Origin: an uncultured Planctomycetaceae bacterium
GTDB taxonomy: Bacteria > Planctomycetota > Phycisphaerae > Sedimentisphaerales > UBA12454
DNA: 64,000 bases
Assembly: GCA_964492875.1 (NCBI GenBank)
Contig: CAZBLD010000007.1
Coordinates: 21,949-85,948, forward strand
Direction: 5' to 3'
The notes below the pieces were generated by a model. It did no database searches, was not told the DNA's origin, and was given only the letters and a program-made list of their open reading frames with translations. Both the position numbers and the translations under genes were made by a program. Every line of letters starts with the position of its first letter. Position 1 is the stretch's first letter. Shown piece after piece: positions 63,555 through 64,000 of the stretch.

Positions 63555-64000
63555 ATGGAAATAAAAAAAGGAATAGCTGTTTCGCCGGGCATTGCGATAG
63601 CAAAACCCATTGTTATTGATGCGGAAGATTACCGGATACCCAGACGCTCCATTTTGCCTTCGGCAAAAGTTGCAGAGGTCAAAAAGGTAAGGGATGCTTT
63701 TCGCAAAGCAGTGGCAGAGCTTGAAAAGATTGACTCGGATGACAAGATTGCTGAAGGTAATATCAAGGATATTTTTGCCGTTCATCTGCGGTTTCTAAAG
63801 GACAAAAATCTGAGAAAAAAAATCACCGACCTTGTTTATAACGACCTTCTGACTGCCGAATATGCCGTTTCCACGACTTTGAGAGATATCGCTAACCATT
63901 TCGCCTCTGTGCAGGACAGATATATCAGCGAGCGAGCAACGGACATCTATGACATTGAAAAACGCTTATTGCGGCATCTGCTCGGTAGAAAAAGGGAGGA
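63555..64000 (+). CDS. ptsI: Phosphoenolpyruvate-protein phosphotransferase (Enzyme I), 5' partial
   Basis: My own translation from the ATG at 63555 gives MEIKKGIAVSPGIAIAKPIV...ISERATDIYDIEKRLLRHL, a typical EI N-terminus. The ORF runs off the window. Confidence 0.8.
   Translation, partial: MEIKKGIAVSPGIAIAKPIVIDAEDYRIPRRSILPSAKVAEVKKVRDAFRKAVAELEKIDSDDKIAEGNIKDIFAVHLRFLKDKNLRKKITDLVYNDLLTAEYAVSTTLRDIANHFASVQDRYISERATDIYDIEKRLLRHLLGRKRE

Overview
This is a 64-kb chromosomal window with about 50 protein genes and one tRNA. Most genes are housekeeping. In order they are: murE-murF-mraY (a dcw cluster that stops after mraY), eno, GH127, psd-pssA plus a SAM methyltransferase, recJ, priA, tRNA-Pro(CGG), an aroD/aroE fusion, ribF, nrnA, comEC and serS. 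These are followed by a KS-KS-dehydratase-ACP-dehydratase cassette, a GLUG/dockerin-like secreted protein, three tandem SPFH (HflK/C-like) genes, a P1B-type ATPase and two tandem PEP-CTERM paralogs. The window ends with uvrB, nadC, birA, lpdA, DUF502 and hpf-ptsN-HPr-EI. The PEP-CTERM anchors, the GLUG/dockerin-like protein, the truncated dcw cluster and the many SD-less starts suggest a PVC/Planctomycetota-like environmental bacterium, but this is inference only. The standout is an accessory segment at about 17-25.5 kb. It holds an HNH+AP2 endonuclease gene bracketed by direct repeats, then a visibly AT-rich three-gene operon (18243-22957, minus strand). The operon encodes a DNA methyltransferase, an 842-aa protein-kinase/P-loop-NTPase fusion, and a 365-aa protein of no family I can name. 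After the operon come 2.5 kb of repeat-dense non-coding DNA and an IS3-like transposase relic. I consider this operon a candidate undescribed defence system (Pgl/BREX-like in logic, not in architecture). Other notable items: a 40-codon GIY-YIG relic mini-ORF joined by ATGA overlaps between murE and murF; a dispersed promoter-like module placed 6-7 nt from start codons; several families of short palindromic intergenic repeats; and one repeat embedded in frame in aroDE. All calls come from reading the sequence and the ORF translations. No database search was run.
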